A stretch of DNA of 64,000 bases, from contig CAYWZZ010000007.1 of the NCBI GenBank assembly GCA_964463005.1, positions 5,054 through 69,053 of the forward strand. The letters are read 5' to 3'. The translations under genes were made by a program, and so were the position numbers. The notes under the pieces were generated by a model. The model worked only from the letters and a program-made list of their open reading frames with translations. It searched no databases and was not told the origin of the DNA. Positions 18,587 through 28,420 of the stretch are shown in pieces. The stretch is from an uncultured Candidatus Bathyarchaeia archaeon. Its GTDB lineage: Archaea; Thermoproteota; CALKCG01; B24. Numbering within the stretch: position 1 is the stretch's first letter; every line of letters begins with the position of its first letter.

Positions 18587-18769
18587 CACACAACGGAGAG
18601 CAACCGTAATTCGATATCGGAAAAATCCGACGAGGATACCGTCTGAACCTTCAACTATCCTCTCTGATTTGGAAATTAACAAGATAAAAAAGAAGAACTC
18701 AGAAAACTTACTTTAATATAGATTTACAGCAATGACTCTGTTCACAAAGTTTTAATCATCCCTATTGTA

Positions 18770-20014
18770 ATGTATATACGTGGAAGGTTGGAGCGGGGCT
18801 TTTACGTAGGGGAGGCTCTAGTAGGTTTAGGTTATGAAGCCGCTCACGTTGATATAGTGATTGGAGAGAAAAATGGACCAGTTGGTTTAGCATTTACAAA
18901 TGCTTTATCAAATCCCTCTGCTGGCCACACAGCTATGCTCGCCGTACTAAGGCCCAATTTACCAGTTAAGCCTAGTACTTTGATCGTATCCAAGGTCACG
19001 GTCAAAAGTATGGAGGATTCTGAGAAAGTCTTCGGCCCTGCTCAAGCGGCTGTTGCTAAGGCTATAGCTGACGCTGTTGAAGAGGGCATTATTCCAAGAG
19101 ATAAATGTGAGGATTGGGTTATAGTGGTTTCAGTCTTCGTACATCCTAAAGCTAAAGATTATAGAAAGATCTACCAGTTTAACTATGCCGCTACAAAGCT
19201 GGCTACTAGGAGGGCTTTAAAAGGGTATCCGAGTATTGATAAGATTCTCAAGGAAAAGGATAGAGCCGTTCATCCTGTTATGGGCTTTAGGGTTAGAAGG
19301 CTCTGGAGTCCACCATATTTGCAGGTCGCATTGGACCTAAGTAGTCTCGAAAAGGCTTTAGAAGTAGTTAAACAGTTGCCTAAGAGTGAAAGAATTATTC
19401 TCGAAGCTGGCACTCCGCTCATAAAAGCCTATGGTGTTGGAGTTATCGGAAGAATAAGGGAGGTATGGAGGGATGCATTTATAGTCGCAGATTTAAAGAC
19501 AATGGATGTTGGTAGAGTTGAGGTTAAAGAAGCTGCTGACGCCACTGCAGATGCTGTCTGCATACTCGCCGCCGCATCAAAGACTACTATAGATAAAGCT
19601 ATACTTGAGGCCCAGAAGCAGGGGGTTTATTCAATACTAGACATGATGGAAGTTTCAGATCCAATAGCTAAAATCGAAACGTTAGAATATAAGCCTGACA
19701 TAGTTCTTCTACACATTAGCGCCGACGTTGAAAGGAAGACCGTAGAATCCGGTAAACCAGTAGAATTTAGATGGAATGAGATATCTGAAGTTAAAAAACG
19801 TTTTAAAGTCCTCGTAGCGGTTGCTGGAGGAATAACACCATCTTCAGCTATTGAAGCCTTAAAGAGCGGAGCGGATGTGATAGTTGTTGGAAGATATATA
19901 GTTGGAAGTGGAGATCCCAGATGGGCTTCTGAACAGTTTCTAAACTTAATGCCACCAGAGCCAGATGTCATGAGGCTTACATTGGATGAAGATGAATCTA
20001 TTGGTGAAATTTGA
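18770..20014 (+). CDS. fae-hps: Bifunctional formaldehyde-activating enzyme / 3-hexulose-6-phosphate synthase (Fae-Hps)
   Basis: 414 aa. The N-terminal half matches Fae (VGEALVG...[15 protein letters not shown]...[20 protein letters not shown]). The C-terminal half is an OMPDC-fold HPS (YLQVALDL...[11 protein letters not shown]...ADLKTMDVG). Confidence 0.85.
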   Translation: MYIRGRLERGFYVGEALVGLGYEAAHVDIVIGEKNGPVGLAFTNALSNPSAGHTAMLAVLRPNLPVKPSTLIVSKVTVKSMEDSEKVFGPAQAAVAKAIADAVEEGIIPRDKCEDWVIVVSVFVHPKAKDYRKIYQFNYAATKLATRRALKGYPSIDKILKEKDRAVHPVMGFRVRRLWSPPYLQVALDLSSLEKALEVVKQLPKSERIILEAGTPLIKAYGVGVIGRIREVWRDAFIVADLKTMDVGRVEVKEAADATADAVCILAAASKTTIDKAILEAQKQGVYSILDMMEVSDPIAKIETLEYKPDIVLLHISADVERKTVESGKPVEFRWNEISEVKKRFKVLVAVAGGITPSSAIEALKSGADVIVVGRYIVGSGDPRWASEQFLNLMPPEPDVMRLTLDEDESIGEI

Positions 20015-21240
20015 CGCATGAATACTACTTAAGAGCACTGATGGGGATTAGGGGGCAACTCATGCCTATAACATCTAAGGAAAGAGTATTGGCTACGTTC
20101 GAGTTCGAGCTGGTGGACATGATACCTATACACCACATAGGCTTCTCCGGGGACGCGGCTTCAAAAATACTAGGACGTGAAGTCTACGTTGGAGGTGGAA
20201 TACAGCAGTGGAGGGAGGCGAAAGTGCTATGGGAGGGTGAAGAGGCTCACCGGGAATTTTTGAAAAGATCTATTGATGATGCTTTTGAAATAGCTAAGGC
20301 AACGGATCAGGATATCATACGTTTTCATTATTGGCGTCTCCCCGTAAAACCTACGATGAAGATCGATGAATACACCTTCCTTTACGGAGATCCTAAAGGG
20401 GAATACGTAATAAGACGCTATAACCCATCTTCTGAACTCTTTAACATCGTTAAAGAATATCCTCCAAAGGAGAAGATGGGTCTAAGCGTTCGACTTAAGA
20501 GAGCGGAGGAATATCTCACTAGGATGGAGGAATGGTTGGAGAGCTACCGTCCAAGAGCTGAAGAATTTCAAGAAATACGTAGCTTGACGGAAAAATACGG
20601 CGGAGAATACGCTGTTAGGGTAAACGGTGGATCTGTAGGCATTGGGTTGAGCACAGAAGACCTCATATGGCTTATAGCCGTGAAGCATAGACCGGATTTA
20701 GCTGCCCGTTACTTAGATATACAAGCGGAGTTAGCTGTAAGACAGATAAAGTATTTTGCAGATGCAGGGGTGAAATTGCTATTCGGCGGAGTAGATATCG
20801 CTGATAATAAAGGCCCTTGTCTCCCTCCTAAGACTTTCCGTGAGCTTGTCTTACCTAGAATACGTAGAGTTGCCGAAGAATGTCATAAACACGGCATATA
20901 CTACTTATATGGTAGCGATGGAAACCTTTGGCCAGTCGTCGATGACCTTTTCGGAAAATCCGGAATTGATGGCTACTATGAAATAGATCGAAGGGCTGGA
21001 ATGGATTTACGTAAACTTAGAGAACGTTTCCCCAACCTCGTACTCATAGGAAACATAAGCTCTTACACATTATACTGTGGAAGTAGAGAAGATGTGGAGG
21101 CTGAAGTTCGGTCATGCCTTGAAGAAGCTAAGAGGAGGAGAGGAATCATAGTCGGAGTTTCAAACTACATAGTCCCGGGAACTCCAAAGGAGAATATAGA
21201 CACCTTAATTGAAGCAATTAGAAAACACAGGAAGATTTAG
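20011..21240 (+). CDS. URO-D/MtaA-like family protein, paralogue 3 (translationally coupled to fae-hps)
   Basis: 409-aa ORF. The TTG start overlaps the fae-hps stop. A more likely start is ATG 20062, which is preceded by AGGGGG. It shares the fold pattern of the other two paralogues ([10 protein letters not shown]..., YGSDGN, YYEID). Confidence 0.55.
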   Translation: MTHEYYLRALMGIRGQLMPITSKERVLATFEFELVDMIPIHHIGFSGDAASKILGREVYVGGGIQQWREAKVLWEGEEAHREFLKRSIDDAFEIAKATDQDIIRFHYWRLPVKPTMKIDEYTFLYGDPKGEYVIRRYNPSSELFNIVKEYPPKEKMGLSVRLKRAEEYLTRMEEWLESYRPRAEEFQEIRSLTEKYGGEYAVRVNGGSVGIGLSTEDLIWLIAVKHRPDLAARYLDIQAELAVRQIKYFADAGVKLLFGGVDIADNKGPCLPPKTFRELVLPRIRRVAEECHKHGIYYLYGSDGNLWPVVDDLFGKSGIDGYYEIDRRAGMDLRKLRERFPNLVLIGNISSYTLYCGSREDVEAEVRSCLEEAKRRRGIIVGVSNYIVPGTPKENIDTLIEAIRKHRKI

Positions 21241-21244
21241 TCTT

Positions 21245-21400
21245 GTGTATGATAAAGAAGTTAAGCGGTTATTGAGGAACATAGTCTTACACAAGCTAAT
21301 GCAACCAAGAAGCTTGGAATCGCTTAAGCAACTATAAGCCAGTATTTGAGACACGAGTGTGCGCATAAAGGCTTAGAGGATTTTGAGGAATTTATCTCCT
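21245..21400 (+). pseudogene. Relic of a small XRE-type HTH regulator gene
   Basis: Hand translation gives (V)YDKEVKRLLR / ..EEHSLTQANATKKLGIA*ATISQYLRHE... This is a classic helix-turn-helix string interrupted by an in-frame TAA (21325-21327) and at least one frameshift. Confidence 0.3.
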
Positions 21401-21405
21401 TCGAC

Positions 21406-22333
21406 TTAACTAATCATATGGCTTCTGGAAGATAGATTCTGAGGGTTAATGCTAAAATTCTGTAGATATCCCCTTGATGCGAAAAGGTAAATTATTGAAA
21501 CAAAGCGTTGTGGAGATGATACACTAAAAATTGCTATTCTATTAGAGAAAGAATTTTCTCGATATTCTCCCCCCAATATCTTCTTTTTATCATCCTCACT
21601 GATCCCCGACTTCTCAATCATCAACTTTGACGCCTCGGCGTACAAGATAGGTATTCTAGTTCCAAAAAGTAATCTCGAACTACCAATCTGCGCTACTAAG
21701 CGCTCAATGCAGTCGAATGGGCCGCCGAGCCCGTCAGTAGATATGTAGAAGTTTTGGTTTTTCGAGGCATATTTTAAAAGCTGTTGAACAGTGTTTGAAA
21801 AATGTTTTCCACCACCCACTATGAACACATTCTCTCGATACCGATTAATAACCTGTGCAACTTCCAATATTGGAGTCTCTGGAACAAAACAGTAGCCTAG
21901 ATGATGCCTCATGTCTAAGAGACTGGTTTGAATGAATATTGGTAAATTCAGCTTTCTAGCTTCCTCGGCCAGCTTCGACATCTCATTTGATAGTAAGTTA
22001 TATTTAAAGTTATTAAGTTATTATGATAATCTGGGTGGAGCTTTACACCCTTAACCCCATACTTATCAACGCACTCCCTCAAATGATCCCTCCAATTTAC
22101 AAAATTTAGGTTAATTACTGCAAATGGTATAACCTCCCCGGATGCTGCTTACATATCTCGCATAATTCAAAGTTTCCTGCCTCATAGTTGTAGTGAAAGA
22201 CGCTGTTTAAAGATGTTACCACAGCCTTATCGATTCCAGCTCTATCCATCAATGTTAAGATGCCCTCTGCAGTCTCATATTTTAATGGCATAAAAGGCCA
22301 TCTACCTAGATAGGCATTTACATCTATGATCAT
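21406..22333 (-). pseudogene. Amidohydrolase_2 (TIM-barrel metal hydrolase) gene, 2 frameshifts
   Basis: Three pieces: MIIDVNAYLGRWPF...HPGR (ORF 22115-22333); ..IPFAVINLNFVNWRDHLRECVDKYGVKGVKLHPDYHN.. (unlisted frame); and ..SNEMSKLAEEARKLNLPIFIQTS... (ORF 21406-21981). The shifts lie near 22133 and in 21985-22020. Confidence 0.6.
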
Positions 22334-23146
22334 TCAACTCACCTCTTTTAGAAGTTTGAGAGCATTTTCTCCCAGTATCTTTCTCTTATCACCTTCACTG
22401 ATATCTGCGTACTTGACCTTAGCCAGCTGAGATATGTAGCTCCGACCGGGTGCATCAGAACCGAATAATATCCTGCTGGCTCCTATCATCTCTACAGCAC
22501 TTTCTATAATGCCTCTTTCAGGGTCAAAGCCAGATTTATCGAAGTAGATGTTTGGATAAGGTCTTGCAGCGTCAAGAGCTTTCGCCCACATGCCCCCCAT
22601 ATGGACAAAAACAAACTTAGTATTAGGGTATCTTCTCCCCAGTTCCGCAATTATACGCACTGGAAAGGAGAAACCCTCTGATATGATGAGAGTTCTCGCC
22701 TCATGCATTAAACCCTCCTCATCATGCCAGCTATGTATAACTACAGGGATATCAAACTCCGCCGCCTTTAAGAAGATGGTGTGAGCGCTAAGTAGGCCTG
22801 AGAGGGACCAGTTTGGCTCAGCATGGATCTTCACTCCTCTAAAACCATACTCCTTTACGAATTTCTCTATGATTAACGGCGCCTTTGGATCTGTACAGCA
22901 TCCCCTAACGAATCCTATCAATTTATCTCGATGCTTATCCACAAGTTCTCTTACGAATTCATTATTACTGGAGAGCCCTAGAATTACCTGCTTGTCAATG
23001 CCAGCTTTTTGAGCTACAATTAGCATATTCTTAAATTTCTCCCTCCACTCTACCTCTACATATTCAAGTCCACTAAAAGGAATGTGGACGTGCATATCTA
23101 CAATCAACTTAAACCCTCTATCAAAGCAGTATGTAGACTTTAACAC
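22334..23146 (-). CDS. Amidohydrolase_2-family metal-dependent hydrolase
   Basis: 270 aa with VDMHVHIP, GFRGVKIH, PVVIHS, FVHMGG, NIYFDKS and ILFGSDAP blocks. Confidence 0.7.
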   Translation of the reverse strand: MLKSTYCFDRGFKLIVDMHVHIPFSGLEYVEVEWREKFKNMLIVAQKAGIDKQVILGLSSNNEFVRELVDKHRDKLIGFVRGCCTDPKAPLIIEKFVKEYGFRGVKIHAEPNWSLSGLLSAHTIFLKAAEFDIPVVIHSWHDEEGLMHEARTLIISEGFSFPVRIIAELGRRYPNTKFVFVHMGGMWAKALDAARPYPNIYFDKSGFDPERGIIESAVEMIGASRILFGSDAPGRSYISQLAKVKYADISEGDKRKILGENALKLLKEVS

Positions 23147-23204
23147 GGTTAAAGCTTCTAAAGCCTCTATTCCATATTTTCTCCTATAGGTCTCCCAGCC
23201 TCTA

Positions 23205-24227
23205 CTAGGCTGTTATATCGTATAGGTTCATGTCTAATGCGTCTTCTACAGATCTTCCTGCGAAGAAATCTTCTAGAGATTTGATGACCGTTTTACCTAT
23301 CATGTGGTAGCCGTAGTATCCCGCTCCGGCCACATGAGGAGTTATGTAGACGTTTTTAAGATATCTAAGTGGGCTGTCGGGAGGTAACGGTTCAGGTTCT
23401 GTAACGTCTAGGAAGGCTATTATGCGTCCTTTCTTACATTCCTCAATAAGGGCATCGTGGTCTATTATTCCCCCTCTAGCGGTGTTTATCAGTATAGTTC
23501 CATCCTTCATCCGTCTAAGCTGGTCACGGCCTATCATGTGGTAGGTTTCACCCGTCAGAGGTGCATGTATGCTTACAACGTCAGATTTTTCGAAAAGCTC
23601 GTTCAACTCTACTCTTCTAACACCTAGCCTACCTGCCTCCCACTCTGAAAGATATGGGTCGTATACGAGAACCTTAACATCGAAAGGTTTGAGAAGCCTT
23701 ATAACTTCTCTACCAACTACACCCGCTCCAACTATACCCACGGTAGCACCCATGAGAAATTGGCCGTTTTCCGGTATTTCTCGACTCCTCCAAACGCCCT
23801 TCTCCCTGTAAGCTTGTATGTGATCAAACCAACGCCTCAAAGTCATGATCATCATACCCACTGTAGACTCAGCCACGTTATAGGCTATAGCCCTCCTACA
23901 GCTTACAACACATATACCACTAGGTATGACATACTTCTCGACCACGGATTTAGCCAGTATGGGTCTAACGGACCCGGCGGAATGGACGATTATCTTAAGC
24001 CTATCCGCCTTCTCGAAAACCTCATCTGTCAACTCCGGACTTCCCCAACCAGTTACAAGCCCATCCATACCAGTTATGAGCTCAGCGACTTCGGTTGAAG
24101 ATAGGTCGCGGTCTTTAGTATTAATCCTCACGTCGAAAAGTCTGAGAAACATTTCAAAGTCTTCTCTGGTGAAGACCCTCTCCGTATGAGCCTTAGTCGG
24201 AATGTAAAGTATCCTACGCTTAAACAT
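23205..24227 (-). CDS. D-isomer-specific 2-hydroxyacid dehydrogenase family protein
   Basis: 340 aa with the NAD-binding motif GIVGAGVVGREV, then SIHAPLTGETYHMI, INTARGGIIDHDAL, LDVTEPEPLP and TPHVAGA. Confidence 0.75.
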   Translation of the reverse strand: MFKRRILYIPTKAHTERVFTREDFEMFLRLFDVRINTKDRDLSSTEVAELITGMDGLVTGWGSPELTDEVFEKADRLKIIVHSAGSVRPILAKSVVEKYVIPSGICVVSCRRAIAYNVAESTVGMMIMTLRRWFDHIQAYREKGVWRSREIPENGQFLMGATVGIVGAGVVGREVIRLLKPFDVKVLVYDPYLSEWEAGRLGVRRVELNELFEKSDVVSIHAPLTGETYHMIGRDQLRRMKDGTILINTARGGIIDHDALIEECKKGRIIAFLDVTEPEPLPPDSPLRYLKNVYITPHVAGAGYYGYHMIGKTVIKSLEDFFAGRSVEDALDMNLYDITA

Positions 24228-24245
24228 GACAGGTCTAACTCCCCT

Positions 24246-25052
24246 TCAAATAGACTTTAAAATCTCCTTAACGTAATTTAGATCCCTCTTAGCTTGCTCT
24301 ATTATCTCTCTAAGAGGCATTTCCTCATACTCGCAATGTACTGATACAGGCCCTTTAAACCCTATACGTTTGAGTATTTCAAATACCTTCCTCCATGGGA
24401 CCAGCCCCTCGCCCATCGGGACGACGCGGGCAATCCATCTCCCGCCTTCTTTAAACCATCCGAAGTCTTTAACAGCCACCATGCGTATGTGATCCGCCAA
24501 TATATCCATGCCCATGAGCCAACCGGCCAGTCCACCTTCAACAACCATGTGACCTGGGTCTATGTAGGCTCCGATGAGGTCTGGGTCGAATTCTTTTAAA
24601 ATCTCCCATAGGATGGCTGGTTCAGCTGACATGTACATTCCAGAGTGTATGTGTACACCGGCGGTTACACCATACTTTCGACTCAGTTCTTGAATCTTCT
24701 CCAATTTTCCACGTACATCCTCCATCTGGCTTCTAAGGAAGCCGAAGCCCCTATACATCCAATACCCAAGCTTCAGATACTTGACGCCGCACTCCGATGC
24801 CACTTTAAACGTCTCCTCAGCATAAGGTTCATTTGCATTTGTTATAGACGTCGTTATCATCGGAACAGACAAACCTTTAGAGTTCAGTATTTCTATGGCC
24901 TCTGGAAGCTTCTCTTTAACTTCTTCCGGGCTTATGTAGCCTCCAGGTCTAACCGTTAAATCTACGCCTTCAAAGCCGATGTCGGCCATGATTTCGCCGA
25001 ACTCGGAGAGCGGGAGCTTCTGAAACATTTTAGCGAAAACTATAAGCTTCAT
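24246..25052 (-). CDS. Xylose-isomerase-like TIM-barrel protein (sugar phosphate isomerase/epimerase family)
   Basis: 268 aa. The layout matches this family: GFEGVDL, VKYLKLGY, GVHIHSG, YIDPGHM and a C-terminal HCEYE metal-ligand pattern. Confidence 0.65.
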   Translation of the reverse strand: MKLIVFAKMFQKLPLSEFGEIMADIGFEGVDLTVRPGGYISPEEVKEKLPEAIEILNSKGLSVPMITTSITNANEPYAEETFKVASECGVKYLKLGYWMYRGFGFLRSQMEDVRGKLEKIQELSRKYGVTAGVHIHSGMYMSAEPAILWEILKEFDPDLIGAYIDPGHMVVEGGLAGWLMGMDILADHIRMVAVKDFGWFKEGGRWIARVVPMGEGLVPWRKVFEILKRIGFKGPVSVHCEYEEMPLREIIEQAKRDLNYVKEILKSI

Positions 25053-25061
25053 AAAACCACC

Positions 25062-26069
25062 TCAAAACGTAGAAGCCCTTATATGTTCTACAAGCTCCAT
25101 CGTTTTAACAGCGTCTTCGAAGCTCGTCTCAGGCATCCTATCTTCCCTTATACAGTCTATGAAATGTCTATTCTCTTGGAGATATCCATAGATTATATGG
25201 AAGTCTCTACAACCTCCGACGAGGTCGAGGTTTCTCATAATCTCAGCCTCCCCGTAGGGTTTATCGCCTTTCAATATTAAGGCCTCCTGCTTTTCAGGCT
25301 CAAATGGAACATTTACAAATGCATATACGCCTTTCGAGTGCATTTCAAAGTAGTGTATTCGTCCACCTGAAGAGTAGTTTGAGCATAAATGTCCTACACA
25401 TCCGTTTTTAAACCTTATAAGAGCGTTAAAGCTGTTCATGTAGTCTGCGTAGAAGCTTGCAACATAGCTGACGACCTTCTCAGGCTCCCCACCCATAAAC
25501 CTTAAAGCGTCAACTGCATGTATAACGTCCGCCACCAGATGGCTTACACAACCCCAAGGTTCAGGTTGACCTATCATATTCTTATGGAATACAGCTGTAC
25601 AGTGCGTTATAGGGCCGTATTCTTCAACTACACGTTTAGCCTCTCTGAAAACTGGTATAAACCTCCTGTTGAATCCGACCATGGTTTTACAACCATATCT
25701 CTTAGCGGCTTCAGCCATCCTCCTAGCCTCTTCAACCGATATACCTGGAGGTTTCTCTATGAAAACGTGGAGACCACGTTTAAGACAATTTACGACGATG
25801 TTGGCTAAAGGCTCGGCGCTTGCATAGTGGCCAATGGGGACAGGCGCCATAATAACGTAAACAGCGTCTAAAGATACCTCCTCAAGCATAAGCTTGTAGT
25901 CTCTAAAACGCCACTCAACACCATATCTTTCGGCAGTCCTATTAAGCCTACCCTCATCTAAATCGCATATAGCGGCTATCTCAACATCTTTAAAACTCGC
26001 CAACGACGGGTAATGAACCCTATTAGCCATATCTCCAGCGCCTATAAAGCCCACTCTAACACGGTCCAT
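25062..26069 (-). CDS. Gfo/Idh/MocA-family oxidoreductase
   Basis: 335 aa with VGFIGAGDMANRVH and the EKPPGIS motif. It is the first gene of a minus-strand operon running 26069->21406. Confidence 0.75.
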   Translation of the reverse strand: MDRVRVGFIGAGDMANRVHYPSLASFKDVEIAAICDLDEGRLNRTAERYGVEWRFRDYKLMLEEVSLDAVYVIMAPVPIGHYASAEPLANIVVNCLKRGLHVFIEKPPGISVEEARRMAEAAKRYGCKTMVGFNRRFIPVFREAKRVVEEYGPITHCTAVFHKNMIGQPEPWGCVSHLVADVIHAVDALRFMGGEPEKVVSYVASFYADYMNSFNALIRFKNGCVGHLCSNYSSGGRIHYFEMHSKGVYAFVNVPFEPEKQEALILKGDKPYGEAEIMRNLDLVGGCRDFHIIYGYLQENRHFIDCIREDRMPETSFEDAVKTMELVEHIRASTF

Positions 26070-26179
26070 GTTATTTAAAACCTAACTGTAAAAGAATATA
26101 AAACATTACTTTACCACAACCTGCAACTTCCTGTATGTGATGTTAAAGTTTTTACGTTACTGGTATAGTATCAAGAGTT

Positions 26180-28351
26180 GTGAAAGCCTTGGATGCGTAT
26201 GAGGTTTTATCTTCAGCCAAACCTGAAGAGTTGAAACATCCATGTGAAAGCTTAGACTATGCTGATCACGTCGTTAAAACAACCATGATGGGTTATCCTC
26301 AATTAGCTGCCGATAGCCTACTGAATCCAGATCTAATCGGTAGACTGGCCGATATAGTTGGCTCTATAGTTAGACAATTGAACCTAATCTTTATGGAGGC
26401 GAAGTGGGTTGGGAAAAAGAGGGAGGACGTCATCGTCCGGAGGGGACGGGCATACGACGTTCTCCTTGAGATAGCCATAAATCTATTCGGTTTGGAGAGG
26501 GAGTGGGTCGGTTTCGCTGAGAGGGATGTTGAAGATTCTCTGAAGATTATAAGAAACACGCTATCTACTTGGGAGTCTACTGAACGTAAAGAATGTGGAA
26601 GTGCTGAAGTAGCTAAGGCTGTTGTCAGGTTGAAGATTGAGGATATGAAGAAGGTCATGCGCGGAGATCCTAAAGGTGTGAAAAGCATGGTTGCCGTTAT
26701 GGGTGAAAACGTCGATAAGAAACTTGATGAACGTAATATTATGCTAAGCTTTCTAGACGCCTTAAAAGAGGAGATTCAAGGCAACATATACTACGTTATG
26801 TCTAAGAGAGGGATGTGTAGATTTGGTAACGATTACGCTTTAGGTCTTAGATGGCTTAGAAGATTGGGCTATGTGCAAGTTTCAACAAACCCCGTCTTAG
26901 CGGCTATAGCCTATAGGGACGACCCGAGTCTATGGGATAAGTTTGAAGACTATCTTAGGAAAAACCCGAGTTATCTGAAGGACATAGATAACCGTCAAGA
27001 TGAGCTTGCAATGCTAGCCACTATGTTAGCGCTCTGGCCTAACATGGAGGTTTTCAGACCAGTCTTCTACTTAAAGAGCTTTTCAGACGGTATGATAAGC
27101 TACCAGTTGAATCCAAACGTGGCCGACGACGTTAATAGGAGCATCGAAGATGCTTTAAAAATCTACAAGGCTACTCAAGAGTACTTTATGAAATACGACG
27201 AGTACCTCCTATGGGGTTGGTCGAAGGACGTTGAAAGAGGGAGACCGAACATCGTGTTTAAAGTAGCTGGAAGTAGTCCCGCGGCTATAGAGATCACAAG
27301 CGTACTTGAAAGTCTAGGGATAGGTACAAACAACACGATAACCTTCACAGTATCCCAAGAGGTTTCACTGATACTTGCTAAGATCCGCGGAAGAGCTAAA
27401 GCCGTTAAAATGGGCATTAAAACGACTAGAGTTTACGAGACAAACATGGGTGGTAGGCTTGAGGGACACCTTAGAGAAGTTAAAGCAGCACAATTGATAA
27501 TGGATGCTTTAAAGCGTTTCGAAAATCCTGAGGCTAAACTCATAGAATTCTGCAAGAAGCTAGGTGTACCGGTGGCTAGTGAAGCTGAAGCGTGGGTCGG
27601 TGCAACTGGATGGGGGTATAACTACAAGGCTAAAACGTTTGAGGAGAAGGTTACTTTAGCATCTTTCAACCAGTACTTGAAAACGCTAATTAATGAACAT
27701 TTAGCGATGCTCCTAGTAGAGGCGAAGATGTTCAACTCTAGGGAGGAAGCGTTAAACTACTTGACAAATTGGGAGAAAGCTATAGGGCTTGCCGGGACTC
27801 TAGTAGCTCAAAGGGTTTGGTGGATATTCTTCAGCCCTGAAAATAGGGCTAAATGGATTAGCTACTTGACCTCCGAGTATGGTTTAACAAGAGAGGAAGC
27901 TGAAAACGTCTTAAACGGCATAGATGTATTGCCAGCTTCCAAGAGGAAGCCTATGGACACCTTCCTCACACTAGCTAGGTGGAATATGACGAATACTGAA
28001 TTTCCAGACCATCAACTTAACGTCTTAAATGAATCTAAGAGCTTAAACTTCAATCTTTCAAACTACGACAACGCTATAATGATGAAGCATGATCCTAAAA
28101 TCGTTGAAATGCTCAATCAGCTGGACGATTTTGTGAAAGCCTATGAGTTGACGCCCGATCTATCGGAACTGCTTGGGAAAGTCGGCGTAGACGTTAAAGA
28201 ACTGGGTAATAGAGGATTGACGTACGATGGATGGGCGACCTTCGGATCTACTGTTAAAACGATGACAGGTTTCACTGAAGCGTACAACAGCTTCAGGAGT
28301 AGAGTTATTGAAACAGCTAAAAAAGTAGCTAAAATGCTTAGTGTTCAATAA
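26180..28351 (+). CDS. Very large (723-aa) transaldolase-fold protein with N- and C-terminal extensions
   Basis: The transaldolase blocks occur in the canonical order: VQVSTNPVL (TTNPSL-like); GMISYQLNPNVADD (S-x-E-V block, with Gln in place of Glu); IVFKVAGSSPAAIEITSVLESLGIGTNNTITFTVSQ (Schiff-base Lys block plus N-x-T-L-x-F-S-x-x-Q); and ETNMGGRLEGH (SPFVGR-like). Confidence 0.4.
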   Translation: MKALDAYEVLSSAKPEELKHPCESLDYADHVVKTTMMGYPQLAADSLLNPDLIGRLADIVGSIVRQLNLIFMEAKWVGKKREDVIVRRGRAYDVLLEIAINLFGLEREWVGFAERDVEDSLKIIRNTLSTWESTERKECGSAEVAKAVVRLKIEDMKKVMRGDPKGVKSMVAVMGENVDKKLDERNIMLSFLDALKEEIQGNIYYVMSKRGMCRFGNDYALGLRWLRRLGYVQVSTNPVLAAIAYRDDPSLWDKFEDYLRKNPSYLKDIDNRQDELAMLATMLALWPNMEVFRPVFYLKSFSDGMISYQLNPNVADDVNRSIEDALKIYKATQEYFMKYDEYLLWGWSKDVERGRPNIVFKVAGSSPAAIEITSVLESLGIGTNNTITFTVSQEVSLILAKIRGRAKAVKMGIKTTRVYETNMGGRLEGHLREVKAAQLIMDALKRFENPEAKLIEFCKKLGVPVASEAEAWVGATGWGYNYKAKTFEEKVTLASFNQYLKTLINEHLAMLLVEAKMFNSREEALNYLTNWEKAIGLAGTLVAQRVWWIFFSPENRAKWISYLTSEYGLTREEAENVLNGIDVLPASKRKPMDTFLTLARWNMTNTEFPDHQLNVLNESKSLNFNLSNYDNAIMMKHDPKIVEMLNQLDDFVKAYELTPDLSELLGKVGVDVKELGNRGLTYDGWATFGSTVKTMTGFTEAYNSFRSRVIETAKKVAKMLSVQ

Positions 28352-28420
28352 AAAATACGAATCTTCAATTTTTACATAGATTTAATAGCCTGATATTCCC
28401 TCTAAAATTCTTAGAAGAAA

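Noticed and set aside
17876-18769. A CRISPR array or leader next to the Cas6-like ORF
   Set aside because: I read both flanks and found no repeat-spacer periodicity. I saw only a single 18-bp palindrome, and nothing array-like elsewhere in the window.
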